NCBI GenBank assembly: GCA_951406725.2
Contig: OX597814.1
Coordinates: 113,584,001-113,648,000 of the forward strand
Direction of reading: 5' to 3'
DNA length: 64,000 bases
Source of the DNA: Octopus vulgaris
Lineage: Eukaryota
The notes beneath the pieces were generated by a model. It was given only the letters and a program-made list of their open reading frames with translations. It had not been told where the DNA came from and did not search any database. This document shows, one piece after another, positions 57,959-64,000 of this stretch. Made by a program: the position numbers and the translations under genes. Positions within the stretch are counted from its first letter, which is position 1. Every line of letters starts with the position of its first letter.

Positions 57959-58589
57959 ATAAAAGGTGAAATTAATTAATTAGGATAATTATCAATTACA
58001 CCAAGTAGATTTCGGTATGTAAAAGCCCATTCGAGGAAAATTTAGTAATACTAAGTAATTAGGGTAGACTTGTCACACCACGAATTTAGGCAGTCAAGAG
58101 ATATAGCACCTCTACAAAGGGGATCTCAGTAAAAACACAAGACGTAAGAAAGAAAGAATGAAATTGTACAGTACCACGAAATTCAAAGTTTGAATGATTT
58201 GTCACCAGCCCCTTCCCCGCGTACAAGACAAAATCTGTGGTCATTACTGGATAAATATGGTTATCAGTATATAAAAGGTGAAATAATAATATATTGATCC
58301 ATTCTTGTTGCTTTTTTCCCCTATTTGTAATCACCCCACTTTGTCGTATACCGAAATCTATAGTTATTACACCATAGTAAATGATTTCGTGGTACTTATG
58401 TGGCTGTGCATCCAAGTTAAGTACCAAATTCATGTGAATTCATTAGAACTCTACCTGTCTGTGTTTGAATCTCATCTCTGATATTTCTGCAATTCGTTTA
58501 AACCGTATATATATATATATATATATATATGATATATTATATGTGTTTTTTTTATATATATATATTATATTATATTATATATATATATG

Positions 58590-58638
<49 letters not shown>

Positions 58639-58718
58639 AATTCGGGGTGAGTACTTGATAATTATAAGCACCTGTGTATACCGTTTAGTGGTGTAGGTGG
58701 TGGAGTAAATTGATCAAA

Positions 58719-59193
58719 ATAAAAAACATGATGCGAAGGATTCAGCGGTACATATGTTTCGGGCCTTTATTAGACAGATTTATAACAATGCATAATGTAT
58801 GTCTGTGGCCTTCTTCGCCGCGCACAACAGCTTCCACAAGGACATGTGTTACATCAAAAATTCTTGGTTGGATGCAAATCCTCTCATTTACGTACGACAT
58901 AATGCGGCAGCAAGCATAGAGTTGAAGCGTCCATCTCTTTCTTTTCTCAATATTCTACATTGAGAAAAGAAAGAGATGGACGCTTCAACTCTATGCTGCT
59001 GCCGCATTATGTCGTACGTGAATGAGAGGATTTGCATCCCCATCCAAGAATTTTTGATGTAACACATGTCCTTGTGGAAGCTGTTGTGCGCGGCTGAAGA
59101 AGGCCACAGACATACATTATGCATTGTTATAAATCTGTCTAATAAAGGCCCGAAACATATGTACCGCTGAATCCTTCGCATCATGTTTTTTAT
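58719..59193. repeat. Near-perfect palindrome, ~232-bp arms and 7-nt loop (Penelope-like inverted terminal repeat)
   Basis: Arms 58719-58951 / 58959-59193 differ at only about four or five sites. The ORF track shows the same peptide start on both strands. Confidence 0.95.
59090..59167 (+). ncRNA. Type I hammerhead ribozyme motif with canonical core and extended stem II
   Basis: gcgg-CTGAAGA-a-ggcc-[acaga...tctgt]-ggcc-c-GAA-ACATATGT-A-ccgc. Predicted cleavage after GUA at 59163. Confidence 0.72.
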
Positions 59194-59198
59194 ATATG

Positions 59199-59257
<59 letters not shown>

Positions 59258-59258
59258 G

Positions 59259-59338
<80 letters not shown>

Positions 59339-59694
59339 CATAAAAAGGTTGAATTAAATTTCGACTTTTAATTTGGTGTGTTGTGAATTTGTGGAAAGGA
59401 ATCCTATAAAACTCAGCATATTTGTTAAAAATGGAGAAGAAAAGATATTAAAATGTAAGAGAATTTTAACTCATGCAGACGATCGTTTCGAACTGCGATA
59501 GAAAAATCATACAAATTCATGATTGAACAGAAATAATTTAATTAATTTAATTATATATCACTGTACTCGTCAGTGCAAGGAGTAGAAACAACATTTTTTT
59601 TACAAAGGACTTGACTTGATACAGGAAATAGCAAAGTAGGATTTTGGAGATTCATATTTATCGTTATGAGACAGAAAGAAGAGTTGCGAGTCAC

Positions 59695-59873
59695 TTCGAT
59701 TGCGGCCATGCTGGGGTACTGTCATGAAGAATTTTTAATCGAATGAATTGACCCAAGAACTTTATTTTTAAGCCTTGTACTTATTCTATTGATCTGTCTG
59801 GCTGAACTGCTTAGTTACGGGGACGTAAACGTACCGATTCCGGTCGTGAAGCGGTGGTGAGACACGCACACAC

Positions 59874-59956
<83 letters not shown>

Positions 59957-60353
59957 ATCTTGCTTCCCAACCACATGGTTCTGGGTTCAGCCCCACTGCG
60001 TGGCATCTTGAGCAAGTGTTTTCTACTATAGCCTCGGGCTGACCAAAGCCTTGTGAGTGGATTTGGTAGACTGAAACTGAAAGAAGCTTTGTCCCCCCAC
60101 CATCGCTTGACAACTGATGTTGATCTGTTTTTACGTCCCTGTAACTTAGCGGTTCGGCAAAAACGTCCGATAGAAGTGCAGTCAAATGGCTGTGAAGCAA
60201 GTAAAAGAATAAAAGGTAGCTTGCTTACCAACCACATGGTTCTGGGTTCAGTCCCACTGCGTAGCACCTTAGGCAAGTGTCTTCTACTATAGCCTCGGTC
60301 CGATCAAAGCCTTGTGAGTGGATTTGGTAGACGGAAACTGAAAGAAGCCCGTC

Positions 60354-60395
<42 letters not shown>

Positions 60396-60805
60396 ATATG
60401 TATATGTGTGTATATATCTTTCTGTGTCTGTGTTTCCCCCCCCCCACATCGTTTGACAATCGAGGGTGTTGAGTTTACGTCCCCGTTACCTAGCGGTTCG
60501 GCAAAAGAGACCGATAAAATAAGTCCTGGGTTCGATTTGCTCGACTAAAGCCGCAGTCAAATGACTGAATCAAAATGACTGAATCAAGTAAAAGAGTAAA
60601 GAATAAAGATATATATATATATATATATACATACACACACACACATATATGTACACACACATATATGTATATATTTATACACGATGGGCTTCGTTAGGTT
60701 TCCGTCACCAAATCCACTCACCACACTTTGGTTGGCCCAAAATGCCATGCAGTGGGACTGAACCTGGAACCAAGTGGTTAGGAAGCAAGCTTCCTACAAC
60801 ACACC
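59695..60805. mobile_element. Cluster of four SINE family A pieces (- 59695-59875, + 59960-60210, + 60215-60607, - 60680-60805)
   Basis: Matches to the family A head, body and tail. Confidence 0.9.
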
Positions 60806-61927
60806 CTCTTTTTTTCCAGTGGCGAGAGGGGAAAAAGGCGACAAGAACAGGTCGTGAATACTACTGGAAGCCTCCAGTATTGACCCCTGCATGCGGGAGA
60901 CCCATAGAGTGATGGTCTTTTTTCACAGCCCTGCACTTGTAAATTGCTGAACGCCCGTCGCCATTCTGGCGGAATGAATCGTAAAATAAATTTCTTTACA
61001 AATGTTGTTTTAAGTAAAATTTGTTTAGTTGTGGTTTCTAATTACAAACCGCAGTCAAGATGATGGTGAAGACGAAGATGAAGATGATGGTGGTGGTGAT
61101 GGTGATGACAGTGATGATGACGATGATGATGACTGATAATGATTTATGATGATTGATGGTGGGTGTGGTGGTGCTGCTGGTGGTGGTGGTTGTGAGGAGG
61201 GAAGCTGTGTAGAGGAGAGGTATAGGGAGAGAAAGAGGAAGCGAGCGAAGGACCATTTCGTAAACATACTCAGTTGCGGAATGGTATTTTCCCAGTTGAG
61301 CCATGTCCCGCCACTGAGTGCGTGGAAATGTCTACTCGTGTTTTTTCTCTCTTTCTCTCTCGCGCGCGAGTCTTTTAGTATGTTAGTGTGTGGGAGGCAC
61401 AGAGAGACAGAACGAGAGGGAGATGTTGGAGAGAAAGAAGCTTAGAAGGAACGAGATGTAGGTTCATTATGGAAAGACCCTATCGCACGGTCCCTTCAGG
61501 CAGGCGTAGTAGAGCTATTCATACGCAGATGTAGACCCTGTACATTCGACCAACAGTCCATCCATTCAAAGAGGAAGACCCATACATAAGTTCACACATT
61601 CATATATACGCATGGACATCCACACACACACACACACACACATATGCGCATAGAGATTGTTACATGTAGACCATACCTGTTTACATGCATATACACATAC
61701 ACACACATCATCCATCCATCCGTCCACACATACATACATACATACATACATACAACAAACCATACATACATTCATACATACATACATGCATGCATGCACA
61801 CATCCAGCCATACATACAACATAAATGCATAATACCTGTATATATCCAGCCATACATACATACATTCATCCATATATACATGCATGCATACATCCAGCCA
61901 GCCATACATTCATACATGAATACATAC

Positions 61928-61985
<58 letters not shown>

Positions 61986-62742
61986 TACGTACATAGACGT
62001 AGAGACAGACAGCGAGATCCTTTCGTACATAAAACTGTGGCGGTGAGCAAGGCAGCGGTGTTTGTTTTCTTTTGTGATAAGCGAAAGATAAGTTATGTCT
62101 AGGTCTATAAGAGAGGGAAGGAAGGTGTGCGTGCGCGCGCGGTGTGTGTGTGTGAGTGTGTGTAAGAGTCGTTACTCTTGTTGTTGATGATGATGCGTTG
62201 CTTGAAACAACATAACGAACGAAAACATGAAAACCACATCAGGTTAGCTAATCGGAAGTTTATAGTCCGCCGCTGATTACCACCACACCCACCGAAACCA
62301 CCACCATCTCTATCAGCAGCAACAACAACAACAACAACCTCATCATCGCCGCCGCTACAGCCACCATCTCTACTACTACTATTTACTAATACTTATTATC
62401 ACTGTTGGTGTTTCCTGGACCCCTTGCTGTGCCGCATTTGACCCTGAAAGATTTTTACGACTCCCATGTCAGGCACCCCGGTTCGTGCTTAAGTAAGTAA
62501 CTGCTAATAGCGATTTAACATAGTGGTTACGAACGTTTTAGCGCGCTTCAAATGGCGTGGTATAAATCTATCTGAAAGAAGCGGTTGAGATTACGCGCGC
62601 CGCGTCTGCGTGTGTGACTGAGTATGTGTGTGTGTGTCTGTATGTGTTTGTGTGCGTATATGCACCTGTGTGTGTGTGTGTACGCCAGTGTGCGTTTTTG
62701 TGTACCATATTTCGATCAGTATTTAATAATATAGTTGTGAAA

Positions 62743-63313
62743 AGGCTGCGAGCTAGCCGGTAGAGTCGCTAGCACGAGGGGCGAAATGCGTAGCCGTATT
62801 TCTTCTACCGTTACGTTCAGAGTTCAAATTCCACCGAGGTCGACTTTGCCTTTCATCCTTTCGGGGTCGATTAAATAAGTACCAGTTATGCACTGGGGCC
62901 GATGTAATTGACTTAATCCGTGTGTCTGTCCTTGTTTGTCCCCTCTGTGTTTAGCCCCTTATGGGTAGTAAAGAAATAGGTATTTCATCTGCCGTTACGT
63001 TCTGAGTTGAAATTCCGCCGAAGTCGACCTTGCCTTTCATCCTTTCATGGTCGATAAATTAAGTACCAGTTGCGTACTGGGGTCGATCTATTCGACTGGT
63101 CCCCACCCCATAAATTTCGGGCTTTGTGCCTAGAGTAGATAAGATTAATATAAGTGTGAAGGCGGTGAGCTGGCAGAGTCTTTCTGAGTTCAAATTTCGC
63201 CGAGGTCGACTTTGTCTTTCATCGTTTCGGGTCGATAAATTAAGTGCCAGTTGCATACTGGTGTCGATCTAATCGATCTAAATATCGGGCCTTGTGCCTA
63301 GAATAGAAAAGAA
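62743..63313 (+). mobile_element. Dimeric SINE family B (62743-63147) plus a shortened copy (63159-63313)
   Basis: Family B core occurs three times, with two ttgtgcctaga.taga.aaga tails. Confidence 0.9.
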
Positions 63314-64000
63314 TACCGTAGCGTCTGATATGAAGGAAATTTAGCTGCTATTTCGAGCAAGTTAATTGACCGCGAAAAATGCTGCTTTTTTTAAGTGTGG
63401 CCGCTGCCGTTATTGTTGCTGATTGTTAAGTTGTCACTAAATGTTCAGCTGGAGCGATTAGTCTTGCGTTACAGAGTCCGTTGGTTTTAGATGGGGCAAT
63501 TAGTCTTACATTACAGAAAACTTGTTCAGCTTCTATGGTCGTCCCTACATCACGGATTTAATTCTAGAGCTGGAGCAACCAGTCTTACATCACAGTCACT
63601 TTTTCAGCTGCAGCAAGCAGGACAACATTACAGAATCACATGCCCAGCTGGGAGTCACTTGTCCTTCTAAATGTAGAATTTCATTCTCAACAAACTTTTT
63701 ATAATAAAGAGGGGTTCCTAATACTTAGTGAGGTGGATGGACATGGCTGGAATAGCTTTGATTATAATTCTACGCTGACCAGGTATTAAACAACATGTCG
63801 CTTAATTTTCTAGAAAGAGCAGCCACAAATCCCTCAACTTACATCCTACCGTCTTAAAAAATAGCTTGTACAAAACGGGTTTGTACTCCTAGATATACTA
63901 TGTTTATGTAAGAACATCATGTGTCTGTTGGATTAGGATTGACTTAAGATTAAATGATATCTCCGCTGAGCTAAGGAAGGACTTTCTTTATGGCCATTCG

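Noticed and set aside
58710-59184. Paired opposite-strand ORFs beginning [13 protein letters not shown]
   Set aside because: A by-product of the DNA palindrome, with frameshifts between arms and no protein features.
56117-64000. Next T-box exon (expected IILNSMH...)
   Set aside because: I found no matching sequence. It presumably lies beyond the window.

Overview
Eukaryotic, AT-rich, microsatellite-saturated DNA. The SINE families and (TA)n/(CA)n/(TAA)n density suggest an octopus or other coleoid cephalopod genome (inference). The only host-gene sequence I can support is two + strand coding exons of a Tbx1/Tbx10 (org-1) subfamily T-box gene: 24059-24404 and 55843-56116. They join in frame across a 31.4-kb GT-AG intron. 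The start-codon exon and the downstream exons were not identified. Almost all other ORFs in the track are microsatellite artefacts. The rest of the window is repeats: three tRNA-derived SINE families, decayed CR1-, RTE- and R4/Dong-type LINEs, mariner relics and MITEs, Helitron-like elements, and several small palindromic Penelope-like elements in (TA)n tracts. The most striking non-coding signal is a set of hammerhead-ribozyme motifs read by eye. They include a repeat family with an apparent compensatory G3:C8 core swap, a canonical-core hammerhead inside a near-perfect 232-bp hairpin, and a tRNA-headed element with a hammerhead tail. All ribozyme calls are manual folds and are untested. Repeat boundaries are approximate.
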